Part shown: in pieces, positions 39,858 through 52,843 of the stretch
How positions within the stretch are numbered: position 1 is the stretch's first letter
Layout: each line of letters begins with the position of its first letter
NCBI GenBank assembly: GCA_047495785.1
Contig: JBLDXI010000041.1
Location: 62,001 to 126,000, forward strand
Direction: 5' to 3'
Origin: Lepidodermella squamata
Lineage: Eukaryota; Animalia; Gastrotricha
DNA length: 64,000 bases
The notes under the pieces: generated by a model
Database searches by the model: none
Seen by the model: only the letters and a program-made list of their open reading frames with translations
What the model was told of the DNA's origin: nothing
Program-made: the position numbers and the translations under genes

Positions 39858-42593
39858 TCACACCCACTCTGGTCGTGCTTCGCTTTTGCTAGTTTTGATC
39901 GGATCAGGATTCTCTAGCCGTTTCACGCGCGATAGACTTCCACTCCGGACTGTAGAGAAATTAAAGAAAATGAAACTTGTCAAAATAAGAAAATGTCCAC
40001 AAGACAACGTTAAGACGACGTGAATTTACATCGATCTATCGCGCTGCTGTTGCTGAGCTTGATGACCGGCAACGGGGAACCTTCGCGGTATAACGAGTCA
40101 CGCCTGTATAGCATACCTGCGTTGGGCGCATTGCTCAGCGCGACAGCGGCGGCGATAGCAGGCTTCGAAGCGTCCGAAAAGTTGGAAATCTCCCTCTGGA
40201 TCTGACGCAGGTTTTCCTGAGCTTCGCGCTGCTTGGATTTGGCAAATTCCAAGTCCTGACGCTCGAGCTCGCCCGCAGAAAGATGAGCGACAATTGCCGT
40301 CCCGTAGCAGTCGCCTAATACGTTAATTGATGTTCTGAAGCGGTCCCTGAGATTTACAGAATGAAAACTCTCGTGAAAATGTTTCTGATTTTGGATGAAT
40401 GCTTACAAAAGCCAATCAACGGCCCATATCAAGCTGATGAAAAACGTTTGTAAATTCAAGCCAATTATCAACAAAGAGAACGATGCGACTTACTAAATGT
40501 CATCTGAAATGGAATAATTCAAATATGCTCACAAAGAAAAAATAATGCTCATTTATTTACCTGTGGGTAGATCGATAGAAGTTAGCACGATGACCATCGT
40601 GACCAGCCCGGCAGATGGAATTGCCGCAGCTCCAATGCTCGCCAATGTTGCGGTGATGCTAATCAATGAAATAAGAAATGATTGCACGGTAATTTTGTTT
40701 CAAATTTTTCAAATCATGGGCACCAATCTCTACTAACCTAACGACGATGATTTGGTATAGCGTCAAGGTTCTATTGCGCATTTGTGCAATAAAAATCGGC
40801 GCTACTGCCTCGTACAGCGCAGTACCATCCATGTTGACTGTTGCACCGATGGGCAAGACGAAGCGGCAAACTCGTGAGTCAATACCAAGGTTCATTTCCA
40901 AGCACCGAAATGTGATGGGCAGGGTCGCCGCGCTGTTGAAAGAGTAATCAGATAAATAATCAAAATTTATGACATTGTGCTCTCAAACTAAACCTGGAAG
41001 ACGTGCCCAGAGCGGTAATAATCGCTTGCAAAACACCACGGACGAGTCGATATGGGTTTTTGCGGGTGAAAATAAAGTATAGCAGAGGTAACGATATTAG
41101 CCCATGGATAAAAAGACCGGCGAGAACAGTGACCATGTACATGCCAAGTTGGGCAATTAGTTCGCCAGGACTTTGTATTGATGCCAAATTGGAACTAATC
41201 AAAAACATGATGCCGATTGGCGAGTACCACATAATAATCGAAATCAGCTTCATCACAGCCTCGTTTAGTTCGAAGAAGAACTCAATGATGACATGAGCTC
41301 TCTTGTTGCCCATAGAGCTGAGACAAATTCCGAAGCATATGCAAAACGCAATGATTCCAAGAACGTTAGTTCCAGCTGTGTACTCGATAACGCGTTTGAA
41401 TTGCTGCGGGGGCTCAGCGATCGGAGCGACGGAGAAGTTCGACAGGTTTTCTTTACCTACATTCACGTTTCAATTTTAAAATAAATTTGATCACGATCCT
41501 ACAGAAATATTTTTCTTCTAAGTTTGCACCCCCCCCCCCCCCCTCCAATCGTTCTAAATGATATGGCGCTTGAAACATTAGTTCGTCATATTAAAATCAA
41601 TCAGTCAGCCCTCGGTGAAACTATTTCATTCAAGGAAGGAAAATCACTGTAAATCAGCCGTTTACCTTGTTGAGGCATTTGCCTGTTGAATGTATTGTAG
41701 AAAACTGGCTGTGGCTGCGTGGGTGCGGAAGTTGTTGTAGTTGTATAAACGGGTTTCTTGCGCGGCTTGTAAACAGTCTTCTGCTGCTCAAAACAGCTCT
41801 GAACAAGGTTCTCCGGAAACAAGTTACTGGAAATTTTGCAGAATAAAAGATTTTTCATGGCGGCGTCATCAAATTTACCGAAGCAGGTCAAGCACGCTAT
41901 CCCGCGTCGTAATGGTAGATTCGCCGAGTATGTCACCCCTTCGTTCGATAGCTGTTTCAGGATTGCCCGGGTGTATCGAAAGAACGAGAATAATGCCTAG
42001 AATAGCTGCTAGGAGCGTTGTCGCTGTATAGTATACCAGCGCAATTACGCCCATTTTGGAGCTGGTCGATGCATTTTGCTGTAGGATTTAACGGCTTTCG
42101 TGCATTAAGTGATGGTTTTATTATAATAAGATTACTTGTGATAGGCCGGAAATGAGTGACGATATAATTAAGGGCAGGATGAGCATTTTCAACAGCCGAG
42201 TCAAAATTTGACCGGGGAAAGCTATGAGCTCGATGGTGTCTTCATGTAACGCCGCAGATCGAAGCAAAGTGCCCAATATTAATCCGAGCACAACGGCAAT
42301 AATTGTTAACTGGAAAAACTCGACTTGTTCAACCCTTGAGATTTTAGATCTTAAAGCAAGACTTACGAAAAGAAGCATGTTTGTTCGAAACCATTTGGCG
42401 AACTGCATTTAATCACAAAAGGAAATTTATCGCAAATGTTAACTTGGAAAATTACAAAAAATACTTTTTTTACCTTGCTGTGAGACTCTTTGTTTCCCTT
42501 CCGCTCAGTAGAATCCTGTGCTAGCGGATGACGATGTGAAGTGTCAGGTTTGTGGTGATGTCCACTTGGTGGAAGGGTGGTAGGAGGAACCAT
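39858..42593 (-). CDS. SLC1A2: Excitatory amino acid (glutamate) transporter, EAAT2/GLT-1-like, many short exons
   Basis: Motifs [100 protein letters not shown] and [18 protein letters not shown]. Predicted end ...RPEWV*. Confidence 0.92.
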
Positions 42594-44717
42594 GGTCGCT
42601 TGTCTTAAGCTATCAGCTATCAGCTAAGAGGTATTGTTCAGCTTTCCGTCTCAGCTGAGATTTATGGGTCTTCTCGAAATTTACTGAATTTCATCATTAA
42701 AACTACTAGGGTATCGATGCCGAGGAAAAGTCCGACTTTTAAACAATTTGTGCAATAAATGTTTGTATAAATTGCGAGTTGATGTAATTGGATCTTATGA
42801 AATAACCTATGTCTCAGTGTTGGGCCTTGAAAAATTATGATATACATCGGGAATTGTGCCGGCAAGCAGATACCAGCGTTATAAAAAGGCCGGCTATAAA
42901 GGTGTCTAGCGCAGACCTGGATCCTTTCAGGTTTGCGCCACAAATCAATGGCTCTATTACAATGAAACGCCGTCCCAGCGGGAATCGCGGCTCTTTGTCC
43001 CGTAATTCACGAAAAAAATAAGAGTATTCGGCTTTATAACGTTCATAGGCGATAGTGCGACGGTGGCTGTTGAATAATAAGCAACTTGAGTCGATATAAT
43101 ATCGGGTCTCGTTAAATAACACTTTTATTTTGGCGATCATTACTTTTATTACGAAAACACCGAGTCGGTTGCAGTCATGGAACAGTTTATAGCTAGTCAC
43201 CATTCGCTCCGCGTGTCGTCGGCCATCCGGACTGAATCGACCGTGCGCCGCACCTCGTCCGGCTCACCTGCTCCGTCTCTCACAGCGCGGAGCAGCTAGG
43301 GATATGCGAATAACGTTAATTTCCTATGCGGCAGCGCCAAGTCAACTCATGCTTTTTTGAGGCAAACGGAAAGGGAAGCGCCAGCCGTTTCTCGCATTAT
43401 TACCTCGCTCAATGAAGAGATTTACACTTAAATTACATATTTTCAGCTTTCAGCTCACAGTTTCAAGGTAATATTTCAAGTAGGCAAAATATCACTACCT
43501 GAATTTTGAGGTTCGAGGTATTAACCAACGCAAGATACTCTTAACGCTCCCACGATTTCTCACGATGACTTCCGCTTCAAGATTATGAATCGATAACAGC
43601 TTTGTATTGCGAAGCACCTGGTAATTTCTAGTTAGCTTCTCCGACTAGATCATTAAAAGCAACGCAGCTGAATTTTATTCTCGTTATCTCTTCGTTCCGT
43701 GGTCACGAGCTTAAGCGAATGGCTCAGAACTCAAGTATCTGATTAATACTTGGAGTCAAACTTGTTTGAAAAATGCTTTTACCGTATCGACACTTTATTT
43801 GGATACATCAACACAATCCAGATTATATTTCGACTTATCCAATGTAAATATCGGTTAACTCAGTGTTATCCGAAGTCATACAATCCTGTGGATTAGAGCG
43901 ATAGAAGAGTGCTCCAAGACATGGGAAATTAGTGAAATACAGCGATGTTGAACGACGAAAGATAGAGCAGGCGTAAGAACTAAGACCAGATAATTTTTTT
44001 CTTGACAACGTTGCACGTTACCGCAAACCAGAACATCGAGTAGAATAAATACAAAAGTAAAGGCTCACTCAGTGTGTCACAATCCACAGTTTGATCCTCG
44101 TCAGTGATTCACAATAAAACGAAAAAAGACAAATATCAATGGAAGTTTGACAGGCACACGCCGATGTTCAAAACATTGATCAATCAATTCACCGACTTGG
44201 ATAGCCCCAGCAGTTGCTCTAAATAGATCTACCTCGCGTGGAATGGCACATGCTAAAGATCAGATGTGTCAGACACAAGTACCTTAAATCGAAAAGCTTG
44301 AGTCGACAGCTCTATCATTAATAATGCACGCCTCAAAAATGCGTTATGATGGCCATGCCACGTGTTATACATTTTATGCGTCTTTGAAATAATTAATCAA
44401 GCAATGGAGTACCGCTTTCTCGAATATTCAAATGCTCCAGAAGAATTTAATATAATAATATGGAAGCTGCAAAACGCGCTGACGAAATATTACTCACCAA
44501 TCAGTCGAAAAGTAGTTTAATATAATTTTCTTTTTTCTCATAATTAACCTCTTCAAGTAAATGTGTATATTTACGTATCCATCGATCATTACGTCATCGA
44601 ATATAAATACCGAAGTAATTGAAGGCATCACTTGCACCAAAAACCAAAAGCTTATAAATAACTATTAAACTCCAAGACCCTCTCAATAAGTCCGGCTGTT
44701 AACTTCCGGCTACTTTC

Positions 44718-45587
44718 TCATGGAGATGCAGCCTGAGTAGCGGCAGCGGCCTCGTCGTGATTTTCGCCATTGCTTTCAGTCGTGCCGTTTGTAGCACCGT
44801 TGGTCGGGCTAGAACCAGCTTTCGTAGCAATGAAATCGATTGTCACACTGCGAGCCATCTTGTCCTAAGGGATTACATTAAATCAAACTAATCGACCTTA
44901 TCCATCGAGATTCGAGCACAAACCTTCGCAGTCGTGACTGCAGTGCCGACACGGGATACGGCTTGGGAATTCCTATAATCAAGTTTCAAATATAAAGTAA
45001 GAACTCGGCTTAGAAGACAACACCGACCTCAGATCAGTCCACTTTTGAGACATGACAGCGCCGATACCTCGAAGAGTTTGGTTAGTTTTCTGCAGACTAT
45101 AACAAAGCGCATGAGCGTAAATGAAATCAGCAACTTCGAACTTACGCTTGCGATTCGCGCACTGCTTTCAAACCCTCTTGCAGGTCATGCTTGATTTCTG
45201 CCATAGGTGTGAGACCCAATTTGCGACGAAGCTCAGCTGATCGTCTCAACTTGGAATCGAGAAGCTGGCGCAGAGTAGTAATATCTTCCTCCGTCTGCAA
45301 CATATAAAACGCAATAAATGGAAGCCAGGTGCACAACACGCAAGCGAGATTATTAAGTCTCAGTAAAACTGCAACAATCGCGTTTAATATCAACATACAC
45401 TTTTCAATTCAGCGCGCCATTCTTCTTGTTGACGCTGGAATTCGGCTGTCTGCTGTTCACTGGAGCCCTCTTCCGAAATTGCTGAGAAGCGCGAAGGGTC
45501 TGATAAAAAATTCTATGAGGCTCTTAGTTTGAACTGGAAAAAAATTGAAATACCTTGTTCCAAATTTCCAGAATCCGCAGCTGACAT
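44718..45587 (-). CDS. TPD52: Tumor protein D52 family coiled-coil protein, 6 exons
   Basis: EEWRAELKS|TEEDITTLRQLLDSKLRRSAELRRKLGLTP matches the D52 motif. All exons join in frame through GT-AG introns. Confidence 0.88.
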
Positions 45588-46593
45588 TATTCAACTCAAA
45601 TAATCTACCTAAATAATACGATCTATTGCAGATACAGAAAAGTTAGAACATAGATTTAGATTGTTAGTAAGCAGGGTTCGAATCGGAGTATGCTTTGACA
45701 GAAAAAATCAAGACGACAGTAAAGCTCTCGATTAAACAGCTAGGAACAAACTATTATTCATTCCCAATTGAAGGAAATAATCTTAACAAAATCACAGCCA
45801 TGCGAGAATTAGCCTGTATTCGAGATTAAATACTATATTCTATCTATAGAGCCCACAATCAACTCCTCAACTCACTAAACTCGAAAAGCTCTCGAAGCAG
45901 TGATACGTAATCTGATTAGCTACTCAAAAGCTTAAGACAGGAGCAAACTTTTCTATGATTATAAGGTTTCATGTTTTTTTTCGCTAAGTCTGAAAACCGC
46001 AGAACGATTAAGCAATTTTGAGAATCAGGCACTGACACGGCTGATGGGTGATAGGTGAATTTCAAAAGGTGTTAATTATTTCATAATACAATTTGTAAAG
46101 GAACAAGAAACTATATTCCAATTCAAAGCAGAGCCATAAGTATGATTTTTATCCTCGATTCGCAAGGTAATGGCGCTTACAAATTTGACGTGGATTGCTA
46201 ACTTATTTAGTACAACCGTGGTATCGACAGCATCGCAGCTTTTTGCAACATAAGTATTATCCAAATGAGATGGGCGGTGTCGCTATACTGTCAGTCAGTC
46301 CATCCTAGGAAGGTATGAATCTCCGATCCTCCGATCCGAAACATCCTTCGTCCCTCAAAAATCTAAATCTAAGCAATGTCATCGGGATTCCGCCCATTCC
46401 TAAATTTTTATTTGTTGCTGGCACCGAATTAATCATCGATCGAAGGTAAGATCCCGCCCCCATGGATGTGGCATCACCCTTTTTCTAGCCCATTATTTTA
46501 TAATTATTTTAAATTTTGCATTTTATCAAAGTATCATATGAATAATCTAGAAATAATTATTGATGACCATCCATATAACAACTATATTTTTTA

Positions 46594-47917
46594 TTGTTGA
46601 AAACCGAATGTGCGAAATTTTCACACGCCAACTGTCTCAAAGTGAATCGGGACAAATCTAATTATATGTTTTTGTCTAACCAACAGGCTTCTGCTCCAGA
46701 AATTCGATTCGGTGAAGTCGATCTGCCGCCACTTGACCACGTGAAAATCCTGGGAGTCTATCTGGACTCAAAGCTCACCATGGAAAAGCACGTCGATCAT
46801 CTGATCAAAGCCGCAAGAAGTGGTACCTACGCACTACGTAAAGCGGCTCGGCACACCGACCTGAAGACTCGAACAATGATGTACGACGGCATCATCGGGT
46901 CGAAGTTCAACTACTGCGACGCCGTCATCGATCAGGGCTGCAAGACCCAGCTGGATCGACTTCAACACGCGCAAAACAAAGCCGTTCGTGCCGTTCTCGA
47001 CGTCAGTCCTGACGTGCCCGCCGATGAAGTTCTCGTGCGATTGCGATGGGTGAATCTGCAAGGCAAACGACTGGTCCACCTGGCTACAACCATGTGGAAG
47101 TGCAGCAGGGATCCTGAGACCCCCGAGGCACTCTCGTCGCTAGTCAAGCCGATGAACCAACAGCATGACCACAACACTCGAGGCGCCGCCACCGGGAAGT
47201 ACGTCAAGCCATCGTGCAAGCTCGCCACAGGCCAGCGCTCGTTCCCAACCAAGGCCATCCAGTGGTGGAACCAGCTGCCAGCGAAGATCAGGCTGTCCGC
47301 TTCCACAAAGGCGTGCCGGCAAGCCACGCTCGAATTCCTACGCGAACAGGCCAAACACGACGCCATCATCAAGGCGAATAGCGAGCGAAAGAAGAAGGAA
47401 CTCAACGCCTCTCTGCAGCCGCAGGTCGCGTTCAATCCGTACTCCAAAGCCGCCTTCGTCTACAACTACGTGCCGAACTAAATGAGTTTTCCAAATTTCT
47501 ATTTATATTTTTCAAAGCCTATACTCAACCAAATGTAATATACTTTATTTTCTTTATAGCTCCGTCATTAAATTATCTTATATTTTGGCTCCGTGAATTA
47601 CCTCTTGTAAATTATCTCTACTCTTGTAAATATTCCTCCTAACTAGTCTTTTGGTAGCTTTCTTGCTACGACGGCGTTTGTAGGCTTCGCTGAGTGAGTG
47701 GAAAAGCCACCTGGGCACTAATGCCTGGGCCCTGGAGAAACAGTCAGCAATAACTGGAGTACCAGGGGTAGGGATTTCAATTTATGTAGTTATTAAACCA
47801 GTTTCAAACTTTCCTAGAGCGTAAGCTCGCGATTTTCTCACAAGCTCCGCCTTATGGTGAAAGCTTGAGTCCGTCAGGGCGAGGAGAAATCGTAAATCCT
47901 GATCCTGATCCTGATCC
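46594..47917 (+). mobile_element. 5'-truncated non-LTR retrotransposon (CR1/L2/Daphne-type): C-terminal RT/thumb ORF, structured 3' UTR, (ATCCTG)n tail
   Basis: LKVNRDKS, VKILGVYLDSKLTMEKHV, SKFNYCDAV, LQHAQNKAVR, HNTRG and RSFPTKAIQWWNQLP are post-RT motifs of CR1-group LINEs. Hexamer tandem tail at 47896-47917. The 5' boundary is approximate. Confidence 0.88.
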
Positions 47918-48874
47918 TTTCATTAGCTGAAAATGTAAAAGAAGGGAAAGACGTGTATTTACCTACGTGGCCGGCGCGTTTTGTTGCGTCTTTAACGTTC
48001 TTTCGATATCATATGAACGTGTTGTTAATCAAAGTGGAAGCGTGATCCACGTCGTCTAATGGACTTCTCTTCCTGTATTTTATGATGCATTATGCAAAAA
48101 GCAAATGTCCATCAAGAGCTTATCTTGCTACGTTTTACGATTGCTTTTGTGTAGCTTTACCTTGGGTGATGTCCATCTGGGATTTGGGTACTTGCTGCTA
48201 TGCTTTGGAGAAAGTCTGCGAAGTACCAGGTACCACAGATGTACATCATAAGTAGCTCAGTAATTTAGTAAACCAGAACACAACTTTTCAAGAGAGTCAG
48301 CTCGCAATCTACTTACTAGTTGCTCCACAAGTGAATGTTTGGGCCCGTCTGGGTATGTAGTATGTAGTATGTAGAAATCGGATCGCAATCTACGCTGAAA
48401 TAAATTTTAGTTGTTGTGCAATCATCGCGAGTGCTGTGGCAGCAGCAATTATAAGAGCCGTAAGCCTTAAGCCGAAGAAGCGAATGCTGTCTGTGGACAG
48501 GTGTGGTGCCTGGTATCATCCTTTTCTCCGTTCCTGTACGTGTGATGGTTTGAACCCTCAGTTCTTCGGAGTGTTATATAATTTATCACGTGCATTCTCT
48601 TTGAACCTGAAAGGAAGGCCACTTCGTTGGTGGCGAATCCAAAGTATTAACACATCCAACGTCCATATATTCATGAAAAAATAGAATTGATATGATGAGC
48701 ATTTCTTTGCGTCTCTTTTGTCTTTTGTCCGCTAATTCCACAGTCGTTTATGAGCGAATGTGTTTTTTTTAATTTTCTGGCCTCGTCGGATTTTCAAGCA
48801 GTGCAGTCGGATTATGTTATTTGGCACAACTCATTCTGTTATTATGTGATAGGGTTTACGAAAACCTGCTGATC

Positions 48875-49735
48875 ATGGGTGCTGGATATATGTGCTGTCG
48901 GGTTATATTTTTCTTTTTCAACGTGTTATTCTTCGTAAGTTGATGACCGTTTTCGCTTCAATAACATTAAAACAATTTATTTACCTAACAGTTGAGCGGC
49001 CTCGGTTTGATTGGTATCTGCCTATGGGTCAGATTTGATCCACGTTTCGCTAATTACGTCGTTTTTATCAATGATGATTCAACGAATTGGCTGGCATATG
49101 TTTTCAAGGGCGCATTGTTTGGATTGATGGGCGTTGGAGGATTTGTTGGGCTGAGTGGATTTCTCGGCTGTTGCGGTGCTATCCGAGAGTCTCGTTGGAT
49201 GGTTGGGCTATACATGGCTCTGCTGATCATGGTTATGGTTGTTGAATTGGGAGGTGGAATTTTGGCAGTTATATATCGTCAAAAGATAGAAACAGCCATG
49301 GATGGGGCCCTTCTGACTCAAATACGTAATTCTTACGGTTCTGTCGAGTCAGTTACAAAATCGATTGACGCGCTGCAGATTAATACAAACTGCTGCGGTA
49401 GCCGATCGTTTGAAGATTACCAAAGCAGTATGTTCACGAGCAAGGATCCCCAGGTAAAAGTGCCAGAGTCATGCTGCAATATCAGCCGAAACCAAAATGA
49501 ACGCGATTCTCAACTAGCCGCATGTCAAAGCGAAGCTAGCAGCAAGTACGCTTCGCACTACCTCCGATCCAGTGGATGCTTGACGCGAATCCTGGAAGCA
49601 GGGCGTCATATGAGTCTCATACTGCTCGTCATCGGATTTGGCGTGGTCGTTTTTGAAATTTTCGCCTTGTCGACTGCCGTTTGCATTTTACACGCTGCTG
49701 GCAAGTTCTCTGGTTTGAACGACGATGATTACTAG
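48875..49735 (+). CDS. Tetraspanin; intron 48935-48991
   Basis: MGAGYMCCRVIFFFFNVLFF|LSGLGLIGICLW, GFLGCCGAIRES, LQINTNCCG, VPESCC, GC and four TM segments. Confidence 0.93.
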
Positions 49736-50088
49736 GAATTATTCTGTGCTAAAAAATCTCGCGCTTCCAAACAATCACATTTATGATGTCATGACTGCCA
49801 TCTATGACGTTGTGTTGTTATTATTCGTGCTCAGTCAAGAATTGATCTGACATTATTGCTTTGTTGCTTCTTTGCTCAACGTATTACCATTTTTGCAGTA
49901 TTTGATCAAACAAATCGGTTACATTTTTTTTCCATTCGTCGTGGAATCCGACCCATTCTTTTTCTTATTCTTCTTCCGCTCATGTAAAGTAGCCTGATTG
50001 TTTTTAATGTTTCTTTTATAAACGATGTTTGACAGCTGTTTTTGTTATCCTTAGGTTCATTTATATTAACTCCACTGAGGCCGCTGTC

Positions 50089-51627
50089 ATGGCGAATGAG
50101 TCGCCTTCGCTGAACGAGGAGCAAACTAGCGCCGTAGCTCATTTACAAGAAATTGTTGGTTGCTCAACAGAGGAGGCTGTCACGCACTTGGTAACAGCAA
50201 ATTGGAATCTCGAAACAGCTGTGAACAATTTTTTCAACCCGAATGCGGTGCCGGCGCAGCCGTCCGCTGCCCCGCCACCTCCACCACTTGTAAACGAGGT
50301 CATGGACCTGCCCGACGAGGCCACAGTTCGCCAAAGAAACCGCACATCAAGCTCCCAGCCGTCTTTCGCCTCCGTCGCGGCTAATCAAGCCCGTCCACCT
50401 GTTCATCCTGCCGCACAGGCCATTGCTAATCGAAACCAAGCAAATGGAATTTGGGCCTATTTGTCCCCCGTTACCGAACTGGCCATGCTCCCTTTCCGAT
50501 ACGCATTCTCTCTAATCGGAACCCTTGTTCGTATCCTAGCCTCGTTTTGGTCCCGGCCAGCTCTTCCGCTGGCGCCGAACCGGGTGGTAGACGCTACTGG
50601 AGACGTCGAGAGTTTCATAACTGAAATGCAGGAGCGCTACGGCGCCGATCTACCTCGCTTCTACCATGGGGCTTATTCTGCGGCGTTGCGCGAAGCCCAG
50701 CGTGATCTAGTCTTCCTGATGGTGTATATCCATGCTGACGATAACCCAAACGCGGACGCTTTCTGTCGACGCGTTTTGACGGATGCCCGCTTGAAAGATT
50801 TCATCACGTCCAACAATATAATTTTGTGGGGATGCAATAACGGTCGCGCTGAAGGCCAGCGTGTTGCACATACAGTTCGAGCCATCCATTTTCCAGTACT
50901 CGCCTTGATAGCGCTTAAAAACAGCTCAATGACGATTGTTTTGCGTATCAGCGGTAATCGAATGGCCGATGCCCCCGATGAAGTTGTCGCTTCCCTAACA
51001 CGTGCTGTTGCTGTCGAGAGTGCTCACTTGAACCAGGAGAGAGAAAGACGGCGAGCGCAACAGGCTCAACAGGAACTACTTCGAGAACAGGATAGGCTGT
51101 ATGCCGAAATGGTCCGCGAGGACACGGAACGGCAGCGGGCGAGAGCACAACGAGAGGCTGAGGAAGCGGCGGCAGCTCGCGCGGCTGCCGAGGCGCGTCA
51201 GTCGAAAGAGAACAGGCGTCAGGTACTTTTTGATCAGGTCAAGTCCAGAGCAGCAGCTCTGCCAGCCGAACCCAGTGGAGACGAGGCGGTACAATTGGTT
51301 GTCCGGTTGCCATCTGGCGGCTTGCAGCTCCGTCGGAAATTTTTGCTTTCAGATCCAGTCTCCTCGCTGTACGACTGGGTTCACTCAGGCTTCTGGACAG
51401 AAGATGCCTCGAACGTCTTACAGCTTGTTATCTCATACCCGAAACGCGAACTTCCCTTGCCAACTCTCTACGGCTCTGTTCTGTCCGACCAGTCCACTGC
51501 TGTGTTCGAAACTACCATCGATGGTTCGGTGTACACTGCCGACGCATCGCTTAAAGAAATGGGAATCAGCCGGCCGCAAGCGCTGTTAGCTGTGGTTATT
51601 GAAGATGAGGAAGCGGCCGCTGAGTGA
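50089..51627 (+). CDS. FAF2: FAS-associated factor 2 / UBXD8 (UBA-UAS-coiled coil-UBX), intronless
   Basis: N-terminal UBA-like (NWNLETAVNNFF), hydrophobic hairpin, UAS (GDVESFI...FYHGAYSAALREAQRDLVFLMVYIH), coiled coil and UBX (VRLPSG...RRKF...ISYPKR). Confidence 0.9.
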   Translation: MANESPSLNEEQTSAVAHLQEIVGCSTEEAVTHLVTANWNLETAVNNFFNPNAVPAQPSAAPPPPPLVNEVMDLPDEATVRQRNRTSSSQPSFASVAANQARPPVHPAAQAIANRNQANGIWAYLSPVTELAMLPFRYAFSLIGTLVRILASFWSRPALPLAPNRVVDATGDVESFITEMQERYGADLPRFYHGAYSAALREAQRDLVFLMVYIHADDNPNADAFCRRVLTDARLKDFITSNNIILWGCNNGRAEGQRVAHTVRAIHFPVLALIALKNSSMTIVLRISGNRMADAPDEVVASLTRAVAVESAHLNQERERRRAQQAQQELLREQDRLYAEMVREDTERQRARAQREAEEAAAARAAAEARQSKENRRQVLFDQVKSRAAALPAEPSGDEAVQLVVRLPSGGLQLRRKFLLSDPVSSLYDWVHSGFWTEDASNVLQLVISYPKRELPLPTLYGSVLSDQSTAVFETTIDGSVYTADASLKEMGISRPQALLAVVIEDEEAAAE

Positions 51628-52843
51628 TAAACGCCGCCACAATTGTGTCCGTGTTTTAGCAGCGCTTTCTTGGATTGTTGTTTTCTACTTCATACTTACT
51701 GAAATATCCGAATGATGTCATCTTGCTGTCTCTTTGCTAAAGTGATCGAAAGGCCTTGTTTAATTGATTTCTCCCAGCGTCTATGCAGGCTGTCAGTTCA
51801 AAAATGAGATAAGATTCGCCCCAGAGCTGTTTTGTACTTCATGTGGTGTGCGCGTGTGTTAATGTGTTCTCGTCTGGTTCATTGACGTTTGGCTCCTTCA
51901 AGCGACTGGCATTCCGCTCGAAAATCAAGCTCATCAATTGCACTCGTGTAATTTATGTTCGGCAATTCTTTTCCGTTTTATATGCATATGAAAATAGTCA
52001 TCAGCTGGCATTGTAGCTTTCGACTCGGAGGACACGAGCACTATGACCGTGCGATGATACAATGGAATACTGTCAAACACTGTAGTTATGTTTTCAAGAT
52101 AAAATTATTATAAAGCAAATTATTATTATTAACCAATAAAATATAAATGACATCATTTCTCTTTTGTTGATTGGGTCTTGCAGATAACTCCTGTCTATCC
52201 TGGCTACCTGAAATTCGGAGAGAACGGCGTCATTAGGCAATACCGACTGATTTCGTTGGGCAAGCAGTCTCCTTTGCCTTGATCACACCAGTTCCGAAGT
52301 ATAAATTTAGCTTTAATGCCTCATAAAGCAATGAATTGGGATTTATGAGAATCTATTTTTGCTTTAAACTGCCGTTATCAGGCATCTGATTCTTTTTAGT
52401 TGAAGCCTGTCGCTGATTCATATGGTCAAATTCCTTTCAAACCTTTTAATGAATAGCGTATAGAGAAATTGAATGGAGTACAAATTCAACCGACGACCAT
52501 ATTTTATTGTTGGCTAAATAGTTTCCCGGCACACTATTGTTTGTAAGCACTTTCAAAATCAAAACCGTTAAGACTTTCAACAAAACTTCGACGCATTGTT
52601 TTTAGTATGTCACCGTTTCATAGTATTACACGATTCACAAAATTTTCAAGTAAAATGCGATTTCGCTATATTCATATTACACGTGTTCACGCTCAGAAAA
52701 GGCAGCTTTAAGTTAACTCAGTAAGCTGAGACCATCACAGTTCCGCTAATAATTCAGGAAATAAACTGACGAACGGTTAGTGGTTGGATCTTCTTTATCA
52801 GAGCAGGCAGCAGTATAGTGGTTCACTCAGTCGAGACTGATAT

